Origin: Armatimonadota bacterium
GTDB taxonomy: Bacteria; Armatimonadota; HRBIN16
DNA: 64,000 nt
Direction of reading: 5' to 3'
Assembly: GCA_963677485.1 (NCBI GenBank)
Contig: OY781964.1
Span: 2,720,001-2,784,000 of the forward strand
Translations under genes and position numbers: made by a program
Shown here: one piece after another, positions 1 to 8,553 of the stretch
Numbering within the stretch: position 1 is the first letter of the stretch
How the letters are laid out: the number at the start of each line of letters is the position of its first letter
The notes under the pieces: generated by a model
The model's input: the letters and a program-made list of their open reading frames with translations, nothing else
Database searches by the model: none
What the model was told of the DNA's origin: nothing

Positions 1-355
1 TCAAGCTGCCCAGAACGATGCGTGGTGCTTGCCCAAGGATCAGCGCGAAAGGCTCTTGCAGGTTCCATCCCGGTGCGGCGGGCAGTGCGACCGCCAGAGA
101 AAAGCTCAACGCCGCCACGATGCAGGCCCCAAAACCCATCCATATGACACGCCGCGATTTGGCGTATCCATAAACCTCTACCAGCACATCACCAAAGATA
201 TAGCTTAGGGGAAATAGGAGGGTGCCGCCGTCGATATCGATGGTGGTGCCGGGGATTCTCAGCGCTTTGATGGCACAGACGTTGCTGACGATCATCACAA
301 CCACGAAGATAGTGGTGATGATATCCAAATAGTGGTAGCTGCGGGATTTCTGCAA
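1..355 (-). CDS. yhhQ: Queuosine precursor transporter (YhhQ/Vut_1 family), runs off the left edge
   Basis: Not in the ORF track. Manual translation from TTG at 355 (SD AAGGAG): MQKSRSYHYLDIITTIFVVVMIVSNVCAIK...GGTLLFPLSYIFGDVLVEVYGYAKSRRVIWMGF, matching the family FP..Y...D...EVYG....RR.IW.GF signature. Confidence 0.88.
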   Translation of the reverse strand, partial: MQKSRSYHYLDIITTIFVVVMIVSNVCAIKALRIPGTTIDIDGGTLLFPLSYIFGDVLVEVYGYAKSRRVIWMGFGACIVAALSFSLAVALPAAPGWNLQEPFALILGQAPRIVLGSL

Positions 356-489
356 AAAACTCTCCTTCAGGGGGCGACTCACTCTTATATTGTATCTTCT
401 CGTACATCCCGAAGCGAACCCGCAGTGAGTGATGCGGTAAAATGAGACTATCAGAACACAAATCGAGAAGCACAAAAGGGAGAACCCCA

Positions 490-1548
490 ATGAGTGAGAG
501 CACATTTACCGTGGGAGTGGTTGGCTGCAGCGGATACGCTGGCGGTGAGCTGACCCGCATCCTGACCGCACACCCCAACGCGAAGGTCACCTACCTCACC
601 AGCCGCACCTACGAAGGCAAGAACATGGATGAGGTCTTCCCGGGCTTCGCAAACATCGACATGCCAACGGTAGAGGCGTTTGACCCGGATGTTGCTGCTG
701 GTAAAACAAAATACCTGTTCCTGGCCACCGAGAACGGCCTGGCTATGAAGATCACCCCCCAGCTTCTGAAAGCCGGTTTGAAGGTGATCGACTTGTCGGC
801 CGACTTCCGGATCCGGGATGTAGAGGAATACGAGCAGTGGTACCGCATTGCGCACTGCGCCACCGATCTGCTGGCGGAGGCGGTCTACGGCCTGCCAGAG
901 CTGACCGACCACCAGACGATCGCGACCGCGCGGCTGATCAGCAACCCCGGCTGCTATCCCACGGCTTGCGCACTGGCCCTCGCCCCGGCATTGAAACTGG
1001 GACTGATTGACCCCGCCAGCATTGTAATTGATGCCAAATCGGGTGTCTCTGGAGCCGGCCGAAGCAAATTCAACCTGGCGTATCACTATGCAGAGCTGAA
1101 CGAAGGCATGAAGGCATATGGTGCCCCTGGACACCGGCACACACCCGAGATTGAGCAGACATTGTCAGGCTTCAGTGGTCAGCGGAACCCACTCTGCTTC
1201 TGTCCTAACCTGGCACCCATGTCGCGCGGCATCCTGGCCAACTGCTTCGCCACGCTCACCAAAGATATCTCACCAGAAGATGCCACCGCGATGTATCGGC
1301 AGTTCTACGCCGGCAAGGTGTTTGTCAGCGTAAAAAATCCGGGGCAGTTCCCCGTCACCAAAAATGTCAGCGGCACTAACATGTGCCACATCGCGCTAAC
1401 CGTTGACCCGCGCACCAACCGGCTGATCGTCAGCAGCGTGATTGACAACCTGGTGAAGGGGGCCGCCGGTCAGGCCGTGCAGAACTTCAACATCATGGCT
1501 GGTCTGCCCGAGACCGCCGGGCTGCTGATGCCCGCGATTTTCCCGTAG
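490..1548 (+). CDS. argC: N-acetyl-gamma-glutamyl-phosphate reductase
   Basis: VGCSGYAGGEL Rossmann motif, VIDLSADFR, catalytic NPGCYPT, DAKSGVSGAGR, HRHTPEI, IDNLVKGAAGQAVQN. Start moved to ATG 490 after an AAGGGAG SD. Confidence 0.97.
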   Translation: MSESTFTVGVVGCSGYAGGELTRILTAHPNAKVTYLTSRTYEGKNMDEVFPGFANIDMPTVEAFDPDVAAGKTKYLFLATENGLAMKITPQLLKAGLKVIDLSADFRIRDVEEYEQWYRIAHCATDLLAEAVYGLPELTDHQTIATARLISNPGCYPTACALALAPALKLGLIDPASIVIDAKSGVSGAGRSKFNLAYHYAELNEGMKAYGAPGHRHTPEIEQTLSGFSGQRNPLCFCPNLAPMSRGILANCFATLTKDISPEDATAMYRQFYAGKVFVSVKNPGQFPVTKNVSGTNMCHIALTVDPRTNRLIVSSVIDNLVKGAAGQAVQNFNIMAGLPETAGLLMPAIFP

Positions 1549-1570
1549 ACCGAATTACATATTCGTGTGG

Positions 1571-1610
1571 ATCGGACGGATTGGACTTATAAGGTCCGAT
1601 CCGTCCGATT
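1571..1610. terminator. Hairpin between convergent argC and thrS
   Basis: ATCGGACGGATTGGAC-TTATAAG-GTCCGATCCGTCCGAT inverted repeat. Confidence 0.55.
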
Positions 1611-1633
1611 GCATGCCCGTTGCATGAGAGCTA

Positions 1634-3088
1634 TTAACCTCGGAAGATCGGCCTTTGGCTGACCATGACCGGCATCGCGAGTGGTCGAAACGGCATACCC
1701 CGTGTTTCAACAGCGAGGATGTTCATGAACTCACCAACCTCAATGCCAGTCGCCTCCCCTTTCACACGGTCGCGAATGTGCAGCACAGAGGATCCGGCCT
1801 CTTTGGCACCTACCACAGCCACATACGGTACCCAATCACCTTCGGCAGCTCGAACTCGCTTGCTTACGGTTTCGTTTCGGTCATCTATATCGCAGCGGAT
1901 ATCGGCAGCATTCATGCTCGAGGCCACGGCCTGTGCATACTCCAGATACTCAGCAGATACTGGGATAACCCTCACCTGTGTTGGGGCAAGCCAGAGAGGG
2001 AACGACGGCGGTGCCCCCTGGGATGCATCTACTGCAATCGTCTCCAAGATGGCGCATAATGCCCGTTCAATACTGCCAAAGCTGGATGCGTGCAGAATCA
2101 CGGGGCAGGCGTGCTTCATGCCATCATCGGCGATGTAACCAATATCAAAGCGTGCGCCATCTTTCACATCCCACTGAACTGTGCTCACCTGCACATTTGA
2201 ACCATCAGCCGTAATGCACTGATACTCGTTCTTGATGGCGTAGTAGTGGCTCATTTGTGGCATCAGCTTGAAAAACGAAGGCACACCCATCTGTGTACCA
2301 AGGCCCAGCAACCACTCCTTGTGATCATCGAAAAACTCCGTGGTGCCCTCCCAACCCATGACCCATCGACCAGGTGCGATGACATCATCCATTAACCGTG
2401 CAAACAGCATGCACAGCTTTTCGAACTCTATGGTGGCTTGTTCTGTTGTCGCACAGGCTGCATGCATATCACTCATCATGAAGCCTCTGACACGCTTCAG
2501 TCCGCTCACTTCGCCCTCTTGTTCATTACGGAAACAGCTTGCCTCTTCGTAGACCTTCAAAGGCGTCTGTTTGTATGTAAACCGAGTGTTATGCATGAGT
2601 GGGAAAGCCAGCGGATCGGAAGCGTATCGCAGGTAGCACGTTCCACGGCCTCCGTCTACTTTATAGTCCCTCTCGTGGAACTCACCCATTAGTTCACCAA
2701 CGGAGTTGCTGTCGCCACGAATCAGTATCGGGTTATTCACCTCGAAGGCTCCCCATTGCCGTGAGAGGCGGAGCGCATAATCCTGGATCAGCCGGTGTAT
2801 CAGCAGACCGTTGGGATACCAAACATAGTGACCCTTCTCGGAAACTTCGCAGTAATCAACCAACTGATGACGAAGCATGGTGTTGATGTGGGCGGGGACC
2901 AACCCAGTGTCAACTTTGTGACCCAGTTCGTTGTCGACAAACTGCTTGAGCATGGCTATATGGTTGCCTGGTTGCAAGAACAGGTCACAACTCGCATAGT
3001 TGTCTGGTGTGACCTCCCAGCACTGCCCATTGACGTCAGCTAATACATACCTGTCGAACTCACTCGGATGGTGCTTGTCAGATTTCAT
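1634..3088 (-). CDS. thrS: Threonyl-tRNA synthetase, archaeal-type catalytic plus anticodon domains, no N-terminal editing domain
   Basis: Motif 2 FRNEQEGEVSGLKRVRGFMMSDMH, motif 3 ILHASSFGSIER, C-terminal PLWLAPTQVRVIPV...WVPYVAVVG...PFRPL. LVDY/WYPNG segment resembles archaeal ThrRS. Poly-Thr leader upstream supports Thr specificity. Confidence 0.9.
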   Translation of the reverse strand: MKSDKHHPSEFDRYVLADVNGQCWEVTPDNYASCDLFLQPGNHIAMLKQFVDNELGHKVDTGLVPAHINTMLRHQLVDYCEVSEKGHYVWYPNGLLIHRLIQDYALRLSRQWGAFEVNNPILIRGDSNSVGELMGEFHERDYKVDGGRGTCYLRYASDPLAFPLMHNTRFTYKQTPLKVYEEASCFRNEQEGEVSGLKRVRGFMMSDMHAACATTEQATIEFEKLCMLFARLMDDVIAPGRWVMGWEGTTEFFDDHKEWLLGLGTQMGVPSFFKLMPQMSHYYAIKNEYQCITADGSNVQVSTVQWDVKDGARFDIGYIADDGMKHACPVILHASSFGSIERALCAILETIAVDASQGAPPSFPLWLAPTQVRVIPVSAEYLEYAQAVASSMNAADIRCDIDDRNETVSKRVRAAEGDWVPYVAVVGAKEAGSSVLHIRDRVKGEATGIEVGEFMNILAVETRGMPFRPLAMPVMVSQRPIFRG

Positions 3089-3126
3089 TTCAGGACCTCC
3101 TTAGACCACCACCACAGCAGAGCAAC

Positions 3127-3156
3127 AAAAAAAGCCACCCCGGTGGGGGCGGCTTT
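3127..3156 (-). terminator. Attenuator terminator upstream of thrS
   Basis: Minus strand AAAGCCGCCCC-CACC-GGGGTGGCTTT followed by a T run (7 T in total). Confidence 0.9.
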
Positions 3157-3180
3157 CGAAATTGTTGATTTAGAGCACGT

Positions 3181-3270
3181 TCAGATACGCCGCAACCTCC
3201 GGAAAGAAGAGGTAGTGGTAGTAGTGGTGATATGACCGGCCATACAGATAGCTTGCGGTGTTGATCTCAT
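3181..3270 (-). CDS. Thr-rich leader peptide MRSTPQAICMAGHITTTTTTSSFRRLRRI (29 aa)
   Basis: ATG at 3270 preceded by AAAGGGGA; six consecutive Thr codons (ACC ACT ACT ACC ACT ACC); stop 25 nt before the terminator. Confidence 0.88.
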   Translation of the reverse strand: MRSTPQAICMAGHITTTTTTSSFRRLRRI

Positions 3271-3321
3271 CGTACTCACGTCCCCTTTCTTGCCCGTCGG
3301 TAGGCGATACTTATGATATGT

Positions 3322-3349
3322 ATTATACACGGTATGTGATTGATATCAA
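3322..3349 (-). promoter_or_regulatory. Sigma70-like promoter for the thrS leader
   Basis: Minus strand TTGATA-N16-TATAAT. Confidence 0.6.
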
Positions 3350-3435
3350 TCCCGCAAACCCACCGTCTGTTGCTGCTTTGGATATACTATGCTAAATACA
3401 ATCCATAATCGCCAACCCAGGAGGCCGTTTATCCC

Positions 3436-5583
3436 ATGAAAGCTGCACCTGACCAATCGAGTATCGCTGAGATATCCGCAGGTTTCAAGAACCCCGAGGC
3501 GCCATATCGAGCACTGCCGATGTGCTCCTACGACTACGCGCACATCCAACAGCAGGCCAGCAGCGCGCGCAGTGCCGGCTGGGGCGGGATGAATGTGCAG
3601 TATCCAGACTGGGGCGAAGGCTACCTGCAGACCAAAGAGAGCTGGAGTAAGTTTGCCGAGGCGTTGAAGGCGTGCAAAGAGAACGGCTTGTCGATGTGGA
3701 TATATGACGAACGTGGTTATCCCAGCGGCAAGGCGGAAGCACTGGTTCTGAAAGACCACCCCGAGTTCGAGGCGCAGGGATTGTTCTATGACGCACTCGA
3801 CATCGGCGAGACCGAGCCTCGGTCGGGGGAGTGGAAGCTGCCCCCTGGTCAGCCTTACTATGTGGTGCTGTATGCCACCACCGGTGCACACACCCCGCTG
3901 GTGGGAAAGCCGGTGGAGCTGACGAGTCGAGTGGCAAACGGCGTGCTGAAGTATGAGCTAAAGCCCGGCAACTGGCGGCTGATGACCTTCGTGCAGGATC
4001 GATTGTTCAAGGGAACCCACTCGGAGATACTGGGCGAACGGTATATCAACATCATGGACCCTCGCGCCGTGCGGAAATTCATCGAGGTCACCCATGAGCA
4101 GTATTTCGCACGCCATGGTGATGAGTTTGGCAAGACCATACAGGCGTTCTTCACAGATGAACCCTCGCTGATGGGCGGGTATTTAGTGGACGAAACCCAA
4201 TCCTACCCGGTGCTGTCATGGTGGGATGGCATGCCAGGCGCGTACCGCCAGATGCGCGGGTATGACGTTCGTGAGGCCTTACCTGCGCTGTTCAACGACG
4301 TGGGAGCCGACACCATCAAGAAGCGTTGCGACTACTACAGTGCCGTCTCGCGATTGACCGCCGGCAACTACTTCGGTCAGATCCGCAAATGGTGTGAAGC
4401 GCATCACGTAGCCTCCACCGGGCACTGCGTGTGGGAGGAATCGCTGATCTACCACGCTTACTTCTACGGCAGCATTTTTGATTCCCTGGCAGAATTCGAC
4501 TGGCCGGGCATTGACCTGCTGGGCTGCTCTTATGGTGATATGTCGGGCTCGCGCACCGAAGGCGGGCCGGTCACCCCAAAACTGATCAGCTCGGTGGCGC
4601 ATCTCTACGGCAAACCGCGCACTGCCACCGAGTCGTTCTGTTTTGTGACCAAGCAAACCCCGCCAGCCGATATGCTCTCGGTGGTGGGCTGGCAGTGGGT
4701 GCTGGGCATCAACTGGCTGACCACCCTGAGTATGCAGGGGGAGCATACGCCGGAGGTGCAGCAGCTATTGAACGACTACACGGGCCGGCTGAGTTATCTA
4801 CTGACCCGCGGTAAGTTTGTCGCCGACGTGGCGGTTCTCTACCCCATCGCCTCGGTCTGGGCGGATTTCGTGCCCTCCAACCGCCCTGTTTGGCATATGG
4901 ATGTGAACCCCGGTGCGGCGAAGGTGGACGACGCCTGGCAGGCCGTCACCCGAACCCTTCTGGGATGTCAGCGCGACTTTGACTATATCGACGAGGCCAG
5001 TGTGGGCAAGGCGCGCATATCCACAGGCGCGATGGGCGTAGGGGAGTGCCGATACTCCGTGCTGGTTCTGCCAAATGTCACCACCCTGGAGTATGCGACG
5101 CTGGTCAAGATCATGCGATTCGTGGAGCGGGGCGGTACCGTCGTCGCGTGTGGCGATATCCCCAGCCAGCGTGCTGATGCCGGTTCCGTTACTGAGTTTC
5201 GAAAACTGTCCGACCAGTTGTGGAGCAGTTCCGCGGCGTGGAGCAGCAGGGTGATATGGCTGAAGTCACACGAGGCCTTGCCGAAGGCGATGGAGGCGAT
5301 TGGCGGAGCCGATGTGCGGGCCATCACCGCAGGGATGGATGTCTACAGCCATCATCGCTCGGTCAAGAGCGGGGACATCTATTATTTGCAAAACAACGGC
5401 GTAAAGACGGTCTCTGGTGATGTCAGCTTCCGAGCCACCGGCCGGGTTCAGATTTGGGATCCCGTGAGCGGTACGATGGAAGCAGCCAAGGCGAAGAGCT
5501 CCGGTCGGTACAGCACCGTGTCGTTGAACCTGCCCGCGCGTAACGGGCTGTTTTTGGTGTTCGACCGCAGCCGACAGGGGTAA
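3436..5583 (+). CDS. Glycoside hydrolase, GH106-like (alpha-L-rhamnosidase-like)
   Basis: WIYDERGYPSG, FFTDEPS, PGIDLL, ADVAVLYP and DFDYIDE motifs typical of GH106-like TIM barrel plus trimerisation domain; SD AGGAGG. Confidence 0.7.
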   Translation: MKAAPDQSSIAEISAGFKNPEAPYRALPMCSYDYAHIQQQASSARSAGWGGMNVQYPDWGEGYLQTKESWSKFAEALKACKENGLSMWIYDERGYPSGKAEALVLKDHPEFEAQGLFYDALDIGETEPRSGEWKLPPGQPYYVVLYATTGAHTPLVGKPVELTSRVANGVLKYELKPGNWRLMTFVQDRLFKGTHSEILGERYINIMDPRAVRKFIEVTHEQYFARHGDEFGKTIQAFFTDEPSLMGGYLVDETQSYPVLSWWDGMPGAYRQMRGYDVREALPALFNDVGADTIKKRCDYYSAVSRLTAGNYFGQIRKWCEAHHVASTGHCVWEESLIYHAYFYGSIFDSLAEFDWPGIDLLGCSYGDMSGSRTEGGPVTPKLISSVAHLYGKPRTATESFCFVTKQTPPADMLSVVGWQWVLGINWLTTLSMQGEHTPEVQQLLNDYTGRLSYLLTRGKFVADVAVLYPIASVWADFVPSNRPVWHMDVNPGAAKVDDAWQAVTRTLLGCQRDFDYIDEASVGKARISTGAMGVGECRYSVLVLPNVTTLEYATLVKIMRFVERGGTVVACGDIPSQRADAGSVTEFRKLSDQLWSSSAAWSSRVIWLKSHEALPKAMEAIGGADVRAITAGMDVYSHHRSVKSGDIYYLQNNGVKTVSGDVSFRATGRVQIWDPVSGTMEAAKAKSSGRYSTVSLNLPARNGLFLVFDRSRQG

Positions 5584-5641
5584 CTGCAGCTATCGACCCT
5601 GAAGCGCAGTCTACCAGCACAACTCGGGCTCTTGTTTAGCT

Positions 5642-5786
5642 GATTCCGCGACATAAATGTCTCGGCTACTGATCAGCAAGCCCGCTAAAGCGGACTACGG
5701 CACTTCGTGCCGATGGTGGTAACGCCACCCCAGGCTGCTTCAGCAGTCTTGTTTTTCAATAGCCGAGACATTTATGTCGCGGAATC
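5642..5786. repeat. MITE/REPIN-like element, copy 1
   Basis: Terminal inverted repeats TTCCGCGACATAAATGTCTCGGCTA...TAGCCGAGACATTTATGTCGCGGAA with internal hairpins; homologues at 29791 and 48781. Confidence 0.85.
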
Positions 5787-6076
5787 GGAGGCACACTAGC
5801 TCGTTTGGCATATGTGGGGCATTATCTGCTCAACCATCAACGACGGGTTCCATCAACCTGCTAAAGCAGGCCTCGTCACCCATCGCTAATCATTTGGCTG
5901 TCCGCTGAAGCGGACGCCTCCCGGACGCCCCCTGCGCCCGCTTGCGGGCTGCAAATCATTAGCCACGCGGTGAGGGAACCCCTATACGGACGCCAGTCCG
6001 TGGGGTGACTAAACCCGTGGCAACGGTGACTGGTAGCCTGCGATTTACACCACCGATCCCGACGCGACGGGTTCTG

Positions 6077-6166
6077 CTATCCGCCAGACCGGCGCGGTCT
6101 TGAGCCTTCTGCATCCGCTAGCCTACACACAGACCGCCCCGGACATAGGCAACGTTTGGCTGCAAT
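6077..6166 (+). repeat. About 90-bp interspersed repeat (AGACCGGCGCGGTCT family)
   Basis: Near-identical copy at 33477-33566, diverged copy near 14670-14735. Confidence 0.8.
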
Positions 6167-6284
6167 AAGGGCGAACAGCGAACTCGCACGTCACTGTGTC
6201 TCCTCAGAGTGACGCATTAGTTGCACTCATGACCTACGGGTTCCATGGCCCGCGTTCCGGCGGGGGATCGCACAACGGGAGCGC

Positions 6285-6345
6285 TTGACTTCATAATGGC
6301 AGAGATGTATAATTGATTAGTCGGTTAACTATCAACCGGATAACA
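6285..6345 (+). promoter_or_regulatory. Sigma70 promoter with a probable MarR operator
   Basis: TTGACT-N17-TATAAT (6285-6313) followed by the imperfect palindrome GATTAGTCGGTTAACTATC. Confidence 0.7.
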
Positions 6346-6374
6346 GTTAGCCAAACCGCAGATGGAGCCAGCCA

Positions 6375-6830
6375 ATGAACCAGCAAGAAAAGCCAGCCAC
6401 CGCAATCGCATGGAAGCTACGCGATATCCAGCATCACCACATGTTGATGATCCACAATATTTTAGGCCGCCACAGCCTGCACTGTGGGCAGCCGCGTATC
6501 CTGCACACGGTGGCGGATATGGACGGGGCCTCACAGCGAGAAATCGCCGATAAGCTGCAGATATCCCCCGCCTCGCTGGCTATGTCTATCAAACGGATGT
6601 GCAAAGCCGGACTGCTTGAAAAAGTGGCGAGCGAAACCGACCAGCGGACAAACCAGATACGCATCACACCCAAAGGGATGCAGCAGCATATCGACTGTTT
6701 ATCTGAGTGTGCTGAGGCCGACGCGAGGATGCTGGAGGGGTTGAGCCAAGCAGAGATCGGACAACTAGGTGATATTATCTCGCGGATCTACGATAACTTG
6801 ATACACATGACGGTGGAAAAAGATGCTTAA
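6375..6830 (+). CDS. MarR family transcriptional regulator
   Basis: wHTH SQREIADKLQISPASL...IKRM...GLLEK...DQRTNQIRITPKG; overlaps the ABC gene start. Confidence 0.92.
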   Translation: MNQQEKPATAIAWKLRDIQHHHMLMIHNILGRHSLHCGQPRILHTVADMDGASQREIADKLQISPASLAMSIKRMCKAGLLEKVASETDQRTNQIRITPKGMQQHIDCLSECAEADARMLEGLSQAEIGQLGDIISRIYDNLIHMTVEKDA

Positions 6831-8553
6831 AACTCTGCTGCCCTATCTGCGTAACTATAAACTGGCCGCAATCCTCTGCCCGATTTTGATGCTATTCGAA
6901 GTGTTCGGCGATATCTTGATGCCGCTGCTGATGGCGCATATCATCGACAAAGGCATTTCGCAGAAGGATATGCACACCATCATCTATACAGGTGTTGGTA
7001 TGATCCTGCTGGCACTGTTCGCGCTGGCCTGCGGTGCCTACGCCAGCCGTTTAGCGGCGGTGGCTTCCATTGGTGCTGGAGCCGAGATACGTAATGATCT
7101 ATTTCAGAAGATACAGTCTTTCTCTTTTGCTAACCTAGATAGATATAGTATCCCCTCGCTCATCACGCGCCTGACGTCAGATATCAACAATATCCAGCAG
7201 ATCATCATGATGAGCCTTCGAATCATGGTACGTGCGCCTTTTATGATGATCCTGGCTCTTGCCATGACACTATTCATCAACCCTCAACTCGCCATGGTGT
7301 TCATTGTGGCCATCCCGCTGCTGAGTATCTCACTGGTGTACATCATGTCCAAGGCACACCCACGGTTCAAAATACTTCAAACAAAGATCGACGGACTAAA
7401 TACCTCAGTCCAGGAGAACCTGATCAACATCCGCGTGGTGAAGTCTTTTGTGCGCACCGACTACGAGCAGCAGAAGTTCAAGGCGTCCAATGACGACCTG
7501 ATGAACAGTGCGCTTCACGCTTTACGGCTGGTGATCACGCTGATGCCGATCATGCAGCTCATCATGTTTGGCTGCATCATCGCCATCCTGTGGTTCGGCG
7601 GTAAAATGGTCAGCGTCGGCCATATGCAGACCGGCCAGTTGATCAGCTTCATCAGCTATGTCACGCAGATATTGATGTCGCTGATGATCCTGTCGATGGT
7701 GTTCCTGATGCTCACCCGCGCGAAGGCTTCGGTGGAGCGTGTGGTCGAGGTGATGGAGACTGAGCCAGATATCGTCGATCCAGCTCAGGCCGTCACATCG
7801 GTGGCGGACGGCTCCATTGAGTTTCAGGATGTGCATTTCAGGTATGCTTCGGGCTCAGGCGACGAAACACTCGCCAAAGTCACCCTGCGTATCGAAGCTG
7901 GCGAAACCATTGGAATCATCGGCTCCACTGGCTCCGCGAAGACCACTCTGGTGCAGCTCATCCCCCGGCTGTATGACGTGACCGCGGGTGCAGTGTTGGT
8001 GGGCGGGGTCGATGTGCGCAAATACGCTATCAGCCATCTTCGGGACGCGGTGGCGATGGTTCTGCAGAAGAACACTCTCTTCTCAGGTACTGTGCGGGAG
8101 AACTTGATGTGGGGAAATTCCAACTCCACCGAGCAGCAGATACAGCAAGCGTGCGAAGCTGCTCAAGCCTGGGATTTCATCAACGAGCTGCCGGAGGGGT
8201 TGGATTCCAGCCTGGATCAGGGTGGCGTGAACCTGTCAGGTGGCCAACGCCAGCGGCTGTGTATCGCCCGTGCCTTGCTGAAGCAGCCCAAAATCATCAT
8301 ATTGGATGACTCCACCAGTGCTGTCGATATGGCGACCGATGCGCATATCCGTGAGAGCTTTAATACCCGGCTGGCGGATGTGACCACGCTGATCATCGCA
8401 CAGCGTATCAGCTCAATTTCCCACGCCGATCGGGTGATCGTGATGGATGACGGTAAGGTGAACGGCTTCGGCACCCAGGAGCAGTTGCTAGAGAACAATG
8501 AAATCTACCGCGATGTTTATGAGTCGCAGCGGGAAGGGGCGTTAGCAGGATGA
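6823..8553 (+). CDS. ABC exporter, fused TMD-NBD (heterodimer subunit 1)
   Basis: TM domain, degenerate Walker A GSTGSAKT, LSGGQRQR, ILDDS (degenerate site typical of TM287-like subunits). Confidence 0.93.
   Translation: MLKTLLPYLRNYKLAAILCPILMLFEVFGDILMPLLMAHIIDKGISQKDMHTIIYTGVGMILLALFALACGAYASRLAAVASIGAGAEIRNDLFQKIQSFSFANLDRYSIPSLITRLTSDINNIQQIIMMSLRIMVRAPFMMILALAMTLFINPQLAMVFIVAIPLLSISLVYIMSKAHPRFKILQTKIDGLNTSVQENLINIRVVKSFVRTDYEQQKFKASNDDLMNSALHALRLVITLMPIMQLIMFGCIIAILWFGGKMVSVGHMQTGQLISFISYVTQILMSLMILSMVFLMLTRAKASVERVVEVMETEPDIVDPAQAVTSVADGSIEFQDVHFRYASGSGDETLAKVTLRIEAGETIGIIGSTGSAKTTLVQLIPRLYDVTAGAVLVGGVDVRKYAISHLRDAVAMVLQKNTLFSGTVRENLMWGNSNSTEQQIQQACEAAQAWDFINELPEGLDSSLDQGGVNLSGGQRQRLCIARALLKQPKIIILDDSTSAVDMATDAHIRESFNTRLADVTTLIIAQRISSISHADRVIVMDDGKVNGFGTQEQLLENNEIYRDVYESQREGALAG

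Noticed and set aside
356-489. preQ1 riboswitch upstream of yhhQ
   Set aside because: A GGTTCG is present, but no convincing P1 stem with an A-rich tail, and it lies upstream of the likely -10.
3090-3300. T-box riboswitch upstream of thrS
   Set aside because: No TGGNACCGCG T-box or stem I recognised; the poly-Thr uORF explains the terminator better.
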